Source: a virus
Reading direction: 5' to 3' (one strand)
DNA: 64,000 bases
IMG/VR virus record: IMGVR_UViG_3300042893_001849
Positions 8,542-18,865 of this stretch are shown here, in pieces. The translations under genes and the position numbers were made by a program. The notes beneath the pieces are model-generated. The model made no database searches, had not been told where the DNA came from, and saw only the letters and a list, made by a program, of their open reading frames with translations. Each line of letters begins with the position of its first letter. The first letter of the stretch is position 1.

Positions 8542-10737
8542 ATGTCATATATTATTAAAAATACTGCAGCGTTAATTAACACAAGGTTAACAGACGTTGG
8601 AAGAAGAAATATCTCTCAAGGAAATTTCAACATATCGTATTTCCAAATTGGAGATAGCGAGGTTAGTTATAGTGCTGTAACAAACTATAATCAAACCAAT
8701 AATAATATTTTGATGCCAGCGTTCAATGCTCAGAATGACACTGGTTCACCTCAATCAAACAAACAAAATATTAAGTACCCTTATTATGTTGAAGGAAGTG
8801 CGGGTAACACATATGGTATTCCATTTATGGATAACCAAATTCAATCAGTATATAATTCAGCAGGACCAAAAGGATTTTTTACAACAGGTAATACATTAAT
8901 TGAAACTTCTTCGGCCTATACAATCACTTCTAGTTATTGGATGGATATGTCAACAATTACAGGACAAAATCAAATTGAAATTGAGTTTGATAATAGTCCT
9001 ACTTCATGTTCTTCAACAGGAACCCCCGCAATTAATGATTTTGTTACAATAGTTTTTGATGGTGATGGAGGTTGTGGTAATTTTGGTACTAATCAAATTT
9101 TGACTTATAAAATTAAAAACATGACTCCTGTGACAGGAACAACAGGAAGTACGTTCACCATTACATTAGATAGGGTATTACCAAATTATGTCGGTTTACC
9201 TAGCCCAAGTAATGCGAGACTTTATGTTTATCCATCAGGGATGACTCAATTATATGACTTTATAACACCAGCACCATTTTGGCAGACCGACACTCTTAAC
9301 TTTGAATCACCTTGTGATGTTACAAATCGAGAGAATACTTTAATTTGGAATATGAATATTCCTTGGAGTGAAAATCCTGCGGGTCTTTACCCAAGTAATT
9401 ATGAAAGTTATGCAAACTATGGTTCTGTTTCTTACATTGGAACTAAAGAATATTTAGGTTATCAAGAGCCAAGTGGACAAACAGATACAAGTAAAGTTTA
9501 TTTTTATAACTCATTTGATGAGCAAATAATAGTTACACCAAAAGAACAAAAGGCGATTGCTATTATACACTACACCAATCAAGACATTGATAATGTTTAT
9601 GGCGAAAAATTTGCAACACAACCATACGACCCACAGAATCCAACTGATGATATCGGATTAGCAAGACATTTTAAGTTAACTATGCCAACATTGATGTGGC
9701 ATAAATCAACAGGGACAACTATCGGACAAACGTTTTGGATAGACCCTCCAGGTTATGATTTATGTATACCATATTATATCAAATCAACTGAGAACCTTGA
9801 TATGAATGACCCTGGTATTAGATACTATCATCTATGGGATACAAACCCTGATAGTAATGGTAACTTGAATAGAATTGGTAAAGTATTCCCTGACCAAGAA
9901 ATTGTTGTTGTCGATGATGAGGAAGTTATTGCTGCAATGTCTTATAAGTCAAATAGAAATTGGACATTACCAGCTCCTAAACTTTCATTATTAACACCTA
10001 ACGCTTGTTCGTCTGAAAGTGTGACACAATCTGGATTAATGACAAGCCCGACTGAAAGAATGTGGGTAACGTATAGATTTGATACAAATACAGGTGCTAC
10101 AAGTTCACTTCATTGTAATTACTATACTTCTATTCAACCTATCAATGCAGTTACCGCTAACACACAAAACGTTGCAGTTAGATTCGGGCCTGAATTTACA
10201 TTTATGTCTCAACAACAATTCGATGGATATTCAGCGACATCTATGAAATTATTATGCCAAATAGTTACAGGTGATACAAGACCATCATCAACTGCTTGGA
10301 GAGTAATCGATGTTACAACTGCAATGACTCTATCAAATGGTTATATCACTATGGATGGTATTACTCAAACAACGTTTCAAATTACCACCGATAATTACAA
10401 TCCAACAACAGGAGCAACCTATTATAATTTAGGTCCAATTTTAGAATTACCTGAAAATGGACAAACAAACCAATTGAATTTTGGAGATGAGTTCTACTTC
10501 TATGGTAATTTGGAAACTGATATTACCGCAACAATTTATGAGATGAAATATCTTGTCAATCTTGGGCGTAATCAATTTACCAACACGTCAAATCCAACTT
10601 GGAGTAAGGGTACAAAATCATATGTTACTGAAATTGGTCTTTACGATTCTAATAAAGACCTTATTGTTATATCTAAGTTACAGTCTCCTGAATTACGTCA
10701 AGGTATTCAGCAGTATGTAGTTAAATTAGATTTCTAA
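8542..10737 (+). CDS. Hypothetical large protein (probable structural or tail protein).
   Basis: 731 aa, Ser/Thr/Asn/Gly-rich, directly downstream of the SprB-repeat genes. Confidence 0.45.
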   Translation: MSYIIKNTAALINTRLTDVGRRNISQGNFNISYFQIGDSEVSYSAVTNYNQTNNNILMPAFNAQNDTGSPQSNKQNIKYPYYVEGSAGNTYGIPFMDNQIQSVYNSAGPKGFFTTGNTLIETSSAYTITSSYWMDMSTITGQNQIEIEFDNSPTSCSSTGTPAINDFVTIVFDGDGGCGNFGTNQILTYKIKNMTPVTGTTGSTFTITLDRVLPNYVGLPSPSNARLYVYPSGMTQLYDFITPAPFWQTDTLNFESPCDVTNRENTLIWNMNIPWSENPAGLYPSNYESYANYGSVSYIGTKEYLGYQEPSGQTDTSKVYFYNSFDEQIIVTPKEQKAIAIIHYTNQDIDNVYGEKFATQPYDPQNPTDDIGLARHFKLTMPTLMWHKSTGTTIGQTFWIDPPGYDLCIPYYIKSTENLDMNDPGIRYYHLWDTNPDSNGNLNRIGKVFPDQEIVVVDDEEVIAAMSYKSNRNWTLPAPKLSLLTPNACSSESVTQSGLMTSPTERMWVTYRFDTNTGATSSLHCNYYTSIQPINAVTANTQNVAVRFGPEFTFMSQQQFDGYSATSMKLLCQIVTGDTRPSSTAWRVIDVTTAMTLSNGYITMDGITQTTFQITTDNYNPTTGATYYNLGPILELPENGQTNQLNFGDEFYFYGNLETDITATIYEMKYLVNLGRNQFTNTSNPTWSKGTKSYVTEIGLYDSNKDLIVISKLQSPELRQGIQQYVVKLDF

Positions 10738-10739
10738 CT

Positions 10740-11342
10740 ATGGTCGAAAATAAATTAAAAGAAAGCCCTAAAGTTTTAGGATTAGATGTTTCTACTCGAA
10801 CAATCGGAGTAGCTTTGTTTGATATTCAAGATAAAATATTATTAGAATTAACCCATATATCACCAGTTCCAAAACCAAAAGTTGAGAATAAGATTGAAGA
10901 ACTAATTTTAAAAAGTAATATTTTTAGAGAAAAACTTAGAGGATATGTTGGTATGGGAATTACCAGTGTAGTTATCGAAGAGCCACTTCTAAACTCAAAC
11001 AACGTATATACAGTTGGAACCTTAATGAGGTTTAATACTTTAGTATGTAAAGAAGTTTATGAAATATTAGGAGTTGTGCCTGAATTCATTTCAACATATA
11101 ACTCAAGAAAATTTGCATTCCCACACCTAGTTCAATCAAATGACAAAGGAAAACACGTTTTATTTGGAGGTCTACCAAAAGATATAGATAAAAAAGTTAT
11201 TATATGGGAATTGGTTGCAAAAAAAGAACCACAAATTATTTGGCAATACACCAAAAACAACACACTCAAGAAAGAAAACTTTGACCAATCTGATGCCTAT
11301 TGTGCAGCCCTTGGTTATATGAAGATGAAAGAAATTTGGTAA
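10740..11342 (+). CDS. RuvC-like Holliday junction resolvase.
   Basis: VLGLDVSTRTIGVALFD (catalytic Asp motif I), VIEEPLL (Glu) and a C-terminal DQSDAYCAALGY (DxxDAxxxAL motif). Confidence 0.55.
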   Translation: MVENKLKESPKVLGLDVSTRTIGVALFDIQDKILLELTHISPVPKPKVENKIEELILKSNIFREKLRGYVGMGITSVVIEEPLLNSNNVYTVGTLMRFNTLVCKEVYEILGVVPEFISTYNSRKFAFPHLVQSNDKGKHVLFGGLPKDIDKKVIIWELVAKKEPQIIWQYTKNNTLKKENFDQSDAYCAALGYMKMKEIW

Positions 11343-11370
11343 ATCCAAACCTTTTCACTATCTTTGTGGT

Positions 11371-11736
11371 ATGCCACGATATACCATAGACGACACCGAA
11401 TCCAAAGCTATTAAGAAATCACTTGTTAAATGGGGAGAAATTCCTGTTAGAAATCAAGGCCTTAAAGGTACTATCATAATTAAAAATTATCGTAAGTATC
11501 AATATAGAAGTGAGGTTGATATTGAATTCAAGGGAGAAATTTTTGTTAGACTCTATAACGAAAATAGAAAGTGGTATAGTTCCGACATCATTACTAATGG
11601 AAGAGTTAGTGTTTCCAAAGTCAAATTAAATCGATACATCAGAAAAAACTCTTTGAAAGATATTCAAATGAGAATGAGATATTTTGGTGTTAATATAGAT
11701 GAGTATCAGAATGTCAACAAAATAAAATGGTCTTAA
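11371..11736 (+). CDS. Hypothetical protein.
   Basis: TATCTTTG promoter box 4 nt upstream of the ATG. Confidence 0.45.
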   Translation: MPRYTIDDTESKAIKKSLVKWGEIPVRNQGLKGTIIIKNYRKYQYRSEVDIEFKGEIFVRLYNENRKWYSSDIITNGRVSVSKVKLNRYIRKNSLKDIQMRMRYFGVNIDEYQNVNKIKWS

Positions 11737-11919
11737 TATGATAATAATTGCCTATATATGGATTTTTTTCCTTATGTTCACCTCAATATTTTTTGTTATG
11801 ATGATAACGGTTGAAAAAAATATTGATGAAAATTCACGATTTGGTAAATGGTGGAGAAACAACATAATTGGGATAGAACCAAAAGATGACATTACCGAAT
11901 AATTTACTATCTTTATAAT

Positions 11920-12834
11920 ATGTCAGATGAGATAGAAGTATTAGTAGAGTTACTTACAGATGTGTTGGGGAAACCCAAACAACACTACGAGTCCAAAGGT
12001 CAAATATCATTTGATTGTCCTGTCTGTGCTGAAGATAAGGGGTTAGACCATGGTGATGGTAAAGGTAACCTTGAGATTAACTACGGTAAACACGTTTATA
12101 AGTGCTGGTCTTGTGGTGAAACATACGGAACTCAAGGACCTCTTGGTAAGTTATTTGACAAACACGGAACCAAAGCTCAAAAAAAACTATACAATTTAAT
12201 CAAACCTGAGGAGTTAAAGAAAGAAGACCTTAAACGACCAACATTAAGACTTCCTGAAGGTTATACAACCTTTAAAGATTCAAACGCAAGGTTTATACCA
12301 CACATTGAAGCCATGAGGTATCTTACCTCAAGAGGTATTACCGAAGAAATTATTGAGAAGTATAAGATAGGGTATACCGTATCAGGAGACTTCGCCTATA
12401 GAATTATTGTCCCATCCTTCAACACTGAAGGTACTTTAAACTATTTTGTTGCAAGGGCGTGGATATCAAACAAAATGAAATACAAGAACCCGACGGTTCC
12501 TAAAGATGAGATTATATTTAACGAGGGATTAATTGATTGGGAGAAAGATGTCTATTTGGTTGAAGGAGCATTTGACGGATTCTTTTTAGAAAACTCTATT
12601 GTAATGTTAGGGAAGAAGATGAGTAAGTTATTGTTTGAAAACTTATACAACAGAGCCAATGGGAATATAATCATCTGTACTGACGGTGATGCATGGAAAG
12701 ATGGACTAAAACTATACCACGAGTTAAACGGTGGTAGATTATATAACAAAATAAAAATTGTTAAATTACCTGGTGATAAAGACATCTGTGATTTACGAGG
12801 ACAAATAGATGAGTATTACTATGAAATTAAATAA
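11920..12834 (+). CDS. DNA primase (zinc ribbon plus Toprim).
   Basis: CPVCAEDKG...YKCWSCGE zinc-binding pairs and a VEGAFDGFF Toprim motif. Confidence 0.6.
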   Translation: MSDEIEVLVELLTDVLGKPKQHYESKGQISFDCPVCAEDKGLDHGDGKGNLEINYGKHVYKCWSCGETYGTQGPLGKLFDKHGTKAQKKLYNLIKPEELKKEDLKRPTLRLPEGYTTFKDSNARFIPHIEAMRYLTSRGITEEIIEKYKIGYTVSGDFAYRIIVPSFNTEGTLNYFVARAWISNKMKYKNPTVPKDEIIFNEGLIDWEKDVYLVEGAFDGFFLENSIVMLGKKMSKLLFENLYNRANGNIIICTDGDAWKDGLKLYHELNGGRLYNKIKIVKLPGDKDICDLRGQIDEYYYEIK

Positions 12835-13657
12835 AGTAGCTGAAGAAATCAGGGAGTTAATCGCTCAAAGACAACAAGAACTTGGACTAACCTTTGAAGA
12901 GGAAGACCACATATACACAATGAACGGAAAGAAGGATTACCCTTCAGTTTCCAAAGTATTAAAGAAGTTCTATACTGAGTTCCCAACTGAGGAGGCGGCT
13001 TATAATAAAGCAGGTGGAGACCCACAAAGACAACAAGAATTAATTGAAGAGTGGGCTGCGGCTGGTGAGTATTCAACTAACATGGGAAGTCGTGTTCACT
13101 TTGTATTAGAGAGCGAACTCATTAAAAGAAATGGGAATTATAAAGAGGTGAGACAACCTGACTTCAACTGTGATTTAACACAGATGATGAAGGGTGATAA
13201 TATGATTGTTGCGGGTAACAAGTATCTCAAGTTAATGGAGGAAAGAGGAGCGGTTCTATTAGACACGGAGATGGTTCTTGGAGACCCTGAATTAGGATAC
13301 ACAGGACAACCCGATAAGATTTGGTTAATGATGAACAGACTTAATACTGAGTTTGGATTAGTTATCACGGATTGGAAAACTAATAAACCAAAGAACTTTC
13401 TCGTAACAAATTATACTAAGAAAATGTTACAACCATTCACCAAATATGATGACACGGCACTTGGCCACTACTACCTTCAACTACCCTTATATGGTAAGTT
13501 ATTAAAGAAGATGTTAAAAGGTACCAAATATGAAGACATTAAATTATTTGGATGTGTTATATCACATCTTAAAGATGACACTCAATATGATGAATATAAA
13601 GTACCTCAAGATGTTATTGATATCATAATGGACATGGATATGAAAAAATATTTGTAA
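12809..13657 (+). CDS. PD-(D/E)xK family exonuclease (RecB/Cas4/lambda-exo-like).
   Basis: GQPDKIWLM ... LVITDWKTNK (D...D/ExK motif). Confidence 0.5.
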   Translation: MSITMKLNKVAEEIRELIAQRQQELGLTFEEEDHIYTMNGKKDYPSVSKVLKKFYTEFPTEEAAYNKAGGDPQRQQELIEEWAAAGEYSTNMGSRVHFVLESELIKRNGNYKEVRQPDFNCDLTQMMKGDNMIVAGNKYLKLMEERGAVLLDTEMVLGDPELGYTGQPDKIWLMMNRLNTEFGLVITDWKTNKPKNFLVTNYTKKMLQPFTKYDDTALGHYYLQLPLYGKLLKKMLKGTKYEDIKLFGCVISHLKDDTQYDEYKVPQDVIDIIMDMDMKKYL

Positions 13658-13713
13658 AAACGAATATTATTTATTATATTTTTTAAGACTTATAAAAGAA
13701 AATAAAACACAAT

Positions 13714-13950
13714 ATGCAATTAGAAAAACCAAAAATTAATTTAAGAGATTGTCCTACCATCAAATGTGAAAGTTGTGAGGGAATCTACTTCAAAGAAGTT
13801 ATTTATCTTAAACGTGTTTCTGCTCTTATGACTGGTTCATCTGAAGACACTACAGTACCGTTCCCGATTTACAAATGTGAATCTTGTGGGCACATAAACA
13901 AAGGGTTTAATCCTTTTGAAGAAAATGAAAAAACATTAATTAATGATTAA
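13714..13950 (+). CDS. Zinc-ribbon protein.
   Basis: CPTIKCESCEG ... YKCESCGH four-Cys arrangement. Confidence 0.4.
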   Translation: MQLEKPKINLRDCPTIKCESCEGIYFKEVIYLKRVSALMTGSSEDTTVPFPIYKCESCGHINKGFNPFEENEKTLIND

Positions 13951-14722
13951 TAGACTTGTTCATTTCTCTGATTTACACGTAAGACTATTCAAGGACCATG
14001 ATTTGTATCGTGGAATCCTTGAATCTGCGTTAAAAGAATGGGAAACACTTCAGCCAGATAGAATTGTCTTTACAGGAGACTTGGTTCATTCAAAGAATCA
14101 AATGACACCTGAACTTATAGAATTCGTCGCGTGGATTCTAACGGAATGCTCCAAGATTACTAAAACAATAGTAATCATTGGTAATCACGACTTCCTTGAA
14201 AACAATAACACCAGACTTGATGCTCTTACTCCAATCATTGATTCACTTAACAATGAGAACATTGTCTATTTGAAGAATAGAGGGGTATATGAGGACGATA
14301 ATGTTAATTGGTGTGTATATTCATTAATGGAACATAACATCCCACCAGACATCAACAAATCAAAGAATAAGAACATTGGTTTATTTCACGGACCTATCCA
14401 AGGACTTTATACCGACATCGGTTATAAATTCGAAGATGGATTTGATGTGAGTAAGTTCAAAGGTTGTGACCTTGTATTGTGTGGAGATATTCACAAGAGA
14501 CAAGTGTTTGACATCCCTGGCGGAAAGAAAGCATACATGATTGGTTCAACTATCCAACAAAACTTTGGTGAGAAAGTAACCAAACATGGTTATGGTGTTT
14601 ATGATATTGCCAAAGACGAGTATGACTTTATTGACTTACCAAACCCTAAACCATTCTTATCATTTTATATTAACTCGATTGACAATTTAGTTGAAGGAAC
14701 TGAAAAGCTAGTTAATTATTAG
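13943..14722 (+). CDS. sbcD: SbcD/Mre11-like metallophosphoesterase nuclease.
   Basis: VHFSDLHV, TGDLVH and IIGNHD calcineurin-like motifs. Lies upstream of an SbcC-like ATPase. Confidence 0.75.
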   Translation: MINRLVHFSDLHVRLFKDHDLYRGILESALKEWETLQPDRIVFTGDLVHSKNQMTPELIEFVAWILTECSKITKTIVIIGNHDFLENNNTRLDALTPIIDSLNNENIVYLKNRGVYEDDNVNWCVYSLMEHNIPPDINKSKNKNIGLFHGPIQGLYTDIGYKFEDGFDVSKFKGCDLVLCGDIHKRQVFDIPGGKKAYMIGSTIQQNFGEKVTKHGYGVYDIAKDEYDFIDLPNPKPFLSFYINSIDNLVEGTEKLVNY

Positions 14723-14723
14723 T

Positions 14724-15452
14724 ATGGAATTAAAGATTAACTTTTCAAATACAGAACATAAAGATTTGTTGTCTTACTGTAACCTTAATGACTTGCTCAT
14801 TAGTGAAGTTGTCAAGAAATCCTTTACAACCGGTTTTAATATTGAGAGGTATGGTCTTTTAAATAGCGGAGGAGAGACTATTGAGAAGGAAGTAATCAAA
14901 GAGGTCATCAAGTATGTTGAAGTCCCTGTAGTCGAAGAAAAAGAGGTTGTGAGGATTGAATATGTTGAAGTTGAAAAACCTGTTGAAGTAATTAAGGAAG
15001 TTATAGTTGAAAAGATTGTTGAGGTCATTAAAGAGATACCTATCGACAAGGTAGTTATTAAAGAGGTGATTAAGGAGATTCCTATTGAGACAGTTGTCAC
15101 AAAAATAGAATACATTAGTGACAACACTCAGACAAATGAACTGTTGTTAAAAATACAACAGTTGGAAGACAGACTACCTGAAACTGTTGAAGTAATCAAG
15201 GAAGTTGAGGTCGAGAAAATCGTGGAGGTAATAAAAGAAGTTGTTGTAGAAAAAGAATCGACTGATAACAATTGGAAACCAAAACTTGAAGCACTTCAGA
15301 ACACAGTTCAGAAGTTGAAACAAGATAATATCGATAAAGATAAAAAGATTAAAGAATACGAAAAAACAATTGAAGACATTCAAAAGTTTAATAATGATAA
15401 GAAAGCTTTATTTTTAAAAGGGTCCAACTTGGACGACAAATTATATAGATAA
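14724..15452 (+). CDS. Repeat protein with tandem (V/I)(I/V)KE(V/I) units.
   Basis: About 15 imperfect repeats (EVIKEV, EKIVEVIKE) with underlying nucleotide repeats and a coiled-coil C-terminus. Confidence 0.45.
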   Translation: MELKINFSNTEHKDLLSYCNLNDLLISEVVKKSFTTGFNIERYGLLNSGGETIEKEVIKEVIKYVEVPVVEEKEVVRIEYVEVEKPVEVIKEVIVEKIVEVIKEIPIDKVVIKEVIKEIPIETVVTKIEYISDNTQTNELLLKIQQLEDRLPETVEVIKEVEVEKIVEVIKEVVVEKESTDNNWKPKLEALQNTVQKLKQDNIDKDKKIKEYEKTIEDIQKFNNDKKALFLKGSNLDDKLYR

Positions 15453-15652
15453 TGGGAGAAATCGAATGGGGTAAATGTGAGATTTGTGATAACGAAGGTC
15501 AGCTACATCGTAAGTATTATAGGTACGGGATTAAATGTGAATGTTGTAGTAATGAACACTTTGAAATTGTGTGGCATTGTGGGAACTGTGAACCCAAAGA
15601 CCCAGGAGTAAGAAAAATAAAATTAAGTAACGAATTAAAACACAAAATATGA
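15452..15652 (+). CDS. Cys-rich zinc-finger protein.
   Basis: CEICDNEG...CECCSNEH...HCGNCEP. Confidence 0.4.
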   Translation: MGEIEWGKCEICDNEGQLHRKYYRYGIKCECCSNEHFEIVWHCGNCEPKDPGVRKIKLSNELKHKI

Positions 15653-16002
15653 TAACACAACTATTACTATGGATGGTCATGGCCTACGGGATGACCAACA
15701 TAATTGTTTACGGAAGTATCTTCAACGGACCAAGAAACTTCATTAATAAAGCGTCAAGCACACCAAAATATCCTTTACGCGGATTCTTTATCTTTGTAAG
15801 TGATATGATTAAATGTATGATGTGTGCATCAACATGGATTGGATTCTTCTTTGGAATTTTCTTATATTCACCTGTACACCAAATACTTGGAGTTACTCCA
15901 TGGGCATCATGGTTCTTTGATGGTATGTTAGCGTCAGGTTCGGTATGGGCAATCAATTCAATCATTGAATGGTATGAGTTGAACAGACCAAAACAAGACT
16001 AA
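15649..16002 (+). CDS. Membrane protein.
   Basis: Three predicted hydrophobic helices. Confidence 0.4.
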   Translation: MITQLLLWMVMAYGMTNIIVYGSIFNGPRNFINKASSTPKYPLRGFFIFVSDMIKCMMCASTWIGFFFGIFLYSPVHQILGVTPWASWFFDGMLASGSVWAINSIIEWYELNRPKQD

Positions 16003-16003
16003 T

Positions 16004-16207
16004 ATGCAAAGAATTAACGCAGAGTATACGATTACTGTAAAGGTGGTAGATGTTATGAATACTTCTATTGAAACAGAACCTGATATCGATTCAATGATTA
16101 AGGAAGAAGGTCGTAAACTTATTAGAAAATATTTGAATGGGGAATTGTTCGACCCTGAGAATAACGTAATAACAGAACAAATTAAAATAACTGAAAAAGG
16201 ATTATAA
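16004..16207 (+). CDS. Hypothetical protein.
   Basis: 67 aa ORF in the operon. Confidence 0.35.
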   Translation: MQRINAEYTITVKVVDVMNTSIETEPDIDSMIKEEGRKLIRKYLNGELFDPENNVITEQIKITEKGL

Positions 16208-16208
16208 A

Positions 16209-16382
16209 ATGGGCAAAAAAGAAAAAGAGCACAGAAAAAAAGTTGAGGCAAGAAATCAAAAAATCAATGCGCAAAAAAATGCAATGCAAAAAATATTTGA
16301 TGAATCCATGAAGAAACAACTTGAAGACTTGAAGAAAGAATATGACGCAGCTAAAACAGGTGGACAACAACCAACAGCATAA
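16209..16382 (+). CDS. Small Lys-rich protein (57 aa), not in the supplied ORF track.
   Basis: ATG at 16209 to TAA at 16380-16382 (MGKKEKEHRKKVEARNQKINAQ...), exactly filling the gap before the SbcC start at 16385. Confidence 0.3.
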   Translation: MGKKEKEHRKKVEARNQKINAQKNAMQKIFDESMKKQLEDLKKEYDAAKTGGQQPTA

Positions 16383-16384
16383 AC

Positions 16385-18763
16385 ATGAAATGGGATTTAT
16401 TCAATCCACCACCAACGTTTAATTACAAACATATGGCGACAAAGCTAGATACAACTACTTTGGATAATCCGTACATCCAAGTCATTTGGGAGGATACACC
16501 AGAGAATTTTACTCAAGAGAGGATTAAGTCGGTAAAACAGTACTTCATGAAGAAGTACGCCTCTTCTAACATCAACGTAATCACAAAGGTGAAGACGACT
16601 GATGATACACAACAAACCGTTGATGTTTCTGTGAACATCATGGACAAAAACTACCAAATAGAGTTAATCAAGTCATTACTTGAAGCTAAGGGACAAGACC
16701 AATACTTGGACCAAGTTATGAATATTGACCTTGCGGTAGAAAACAGAATGGCGGCCAACGAAGTTGAGGTTACTCCATTCAAAAGATGGTACATCAAAAA
16801 GATTGAGTTTAGTAACTTCTTATCTTATGGTGAGAACCAAGTAATCGACTTCGAGAAGTGTAATGGTATTACCGTGGTTGAATCAGACCCACCTAACTTT
16901 GGTGGTAAGACTGTATTGACTGTGGACTTACTATTGTTCTTGTTCTTTAACACCACTACGAAGACACAGAAAGCAGAAGAAATCTTTAATAGATTTACAG
17001 ACATTAACAAGGTTAGTGTTAAGGGTGACATTGTGATTGACGGAGAGGAATATGTTATTGCTCGTCAGATTGAACGAAAGAAATCCAAAGCTGGAGAATG
17101 GAATGTTAAGACAGAACTTGAGTTCTTTAAAAAACTTGCTGATGGTCAACTTCAGAACTTCACAGGTGAACAACGTAGAGAGACTGAAGAATTCATGAAA
17201 AAATCTATTGGAACGATGGATGACTTCTTGATGACAATTGTCACAACTGCGTCAAACCTTGAGGATTTATTGGATGCAAAACCAACAGCTCGTGGTCAGG
17301 TACTAAGCCGTTTCTTAGGTCTTGAATTCTTGAAGAAGAAGGAAGAGACAGGTAAGGAAATTTACTCTGAGTTCTCAAAAGGAATGATGTCTAATGTGTA
17401 TAACACAGAGTCTTTGAAACAAGACAACGAGACATCATCTGAAGAGATTACTCGAATGAAGAATGAAATTAAAGACATGACCAATAAAATTGGTGACGTT
17501 GATAATAGACTTCAGAAGGGACAAGAGTATAAGGACAATCTACTCGGGTCTAAATTCACAGACTTGGACAAAGAGTTGATTGTTCTTAATCCTATCAAAT
17601 TACAATCTGATATTTCAGACCTTGAAGGTTCAAGTGAAAGAATCAAAGGACAAATCAAAGATGTTAAAATCGTTGAACCTAAAGAGTTCTATCATGAAGA
17701 CAAACATGATGAGATTAAAGATGAACTAAGAAAAACGGGAGATGACCTACTCATTGCCAACAAGGAGGTTATGGATATTAAAACCCTAATCGAAAAGTAT
17801 GGTGATGGTATTCAATGTGAGCACTGCGGAATCAAATTGATGGAAGCGGCTCTCACAAAGAAAAAAATTGATGAGTTAAAGGATTGGGAAAAGAAAGTTA
17901 AGGCTCTTGATAAAGAGTATGAAAAACTTGACAAGAAAGAAAAATCCTATACTCAACTTAAGAAAGACTTTGACGAATACGAGAGAAACAAACTTATCAA
18001 GGAGAAACACGAGTTATCGTTGGAATCCAATGATTTGAAGTTAGCTAGTGTCAAAGACAAACTTAAGAGATACGAAGAAGTTCAGGACAAGATTAAAAAG
18101 AACAATGAGATTGATGCCCAACTGGTGAAAGCTGGTTTACGTATTGACGAATTGATTGGAGAGAAGAGGGGGTATGAGAAAATTCAAAATACCAATGGAA
18201 CTCAAATTGAAAACCTTGAAGCTCGTATCGAAAAGAATAACGGATTCATTCTTAGAATTGCCGAGGAGTTTGAACGTGAGAAGATTTATAAAATCTACGT
18301 TGACATCTATGGTAAGAACGGAATATCCAAAATTATTATGAAGACAATGATGCCATTGATTAACTCTGAACTTCAGAGATTACTTCAGGACTCTTGTTTA
18401 TTCAACTTGGAAATTCGTATCAATGATAAGAATGAGGTTGACTTTATAATGATTGATAACGGAACAGGGATTGAGAAACCATTGACTGCAGGTTCAGGAT
18501 ATGAAAAAACAATAGGGGCACTCGCTATCAGAGCAGTACTTGCTAAGGTATGTTCACTTCCAAAACCAAACATATCGGTATATGACGAGACGTGGGGTAA
18601 AATTTCTAACGACAATATGGAGATGATTGGAGATTTTTTTAAAAAATTAAAAGATTACTTTGAAAAAATATTTTTAATTTCCCATAATGGACTTATATCC
18701 AATTTCGCGGATAATGTAATTCATATTACAAAAACCGATAACATTTCAAAAGTCTCACAATAG
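16385..18763 (+). CDS. sbcC: SbcC/Rad50-like SMC ATPase.
   Basis: N-terminal P-loop (PPNFGGKTV), long coiled coil with a CxxC zinc hook (GIQCEHCG) and a C-terminal signature/Walker B region (VYDETWG, LISHN). Confidence 0.75.
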   Translation: MKWDLFNPPPTFNYKHMATKLDTTTLDNPYIQVIWEDTPENFTQERIKSVKQYFMKKYASSNINVITKVKTTDDTQQTVDVSVNIMDKNYQIELIKSLLEAKGQDQYLDQVMNIDLAVENRMAANEVEVTPFKRWYIKKIEFSNFLSYGENQVIDFEKCNGITVVESDPPNFGGKTVLTVDLLLFLFFNTTTKTQKAEEIFNRFTDINKVSVKGDIVIDGEEYVIARQIERKKSKAGEWNVKTELEFFKKLADGQLQNFTGEQRRETEEFMKKSIGTMDDFLMTIVTTASNLEDLLDAKPTARGQVLSRFLGLEFLKKKEETGKEIYSEFSKGMMSNVYNTESLKQDNETSSEEITRMKNEIKDMTNKIGDVDNRLQKGQEYKDNLLGSKFTDLDKELIVLNPIKLQSDISDLEGSSERIKGQIKDVKIVEPKEFYHEDKHDEIKDELRKTGDDLLIANKEVMDIKTLIEKYGDGIQCEHCGIKLMEAALTKKKIDELKDWEKKVKALDKEYEKLDKKEKSYTQLKKDFDEYERNKLIKEKHELSLESNDLKLASVKDKLKRYEEVQDKIKKNNEIDAQLVKAGLRIDELIGEKRGYEKIQNTNGTQIENLEARIEKNNGFILRIAEEFEREKIYKIYVDIYGKNGISKIIMKTMMPLINSELQRLLQDSCLFNLEIRINDKNEVDFIMIDNGTGIEKPLTAGSGYEKTIGALAIRAVLAKVCSLPKPNISVYDETWGKISNDNMEMIGDFFKKLKDYFEKIFLISHNGLISNFADNVIHITKTDNISKVSQ

Positions 18764-18810
18764 TGAAGAGATAGAACCATACATACTAAAAGAATTAGGA
18801 ATTAAATAGA

Positions 18811-18836
18811 CCCCACCCATAAAGTGGGGTTTTTTA
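18811..18836 (+). terminator. Rho-independent terminator.
   Basis: CCCCACCCATAAAGTGGGG hairpin followed by T6. Confidence 0.6.
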
Positions 18837-18865
18837 TTTCAAATATTTTTTGTTATATTTGTTCT

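Noticed and set aside
14774-15383. Minus-strand ORFs (14774..15127, 15174..15383) opposite the repeat protein.
   Set aside because: They are mirror-image artefacts of the GAA/GTT-rich repeat coding strand, with Ser/Thr/Ile low-complexity translations.
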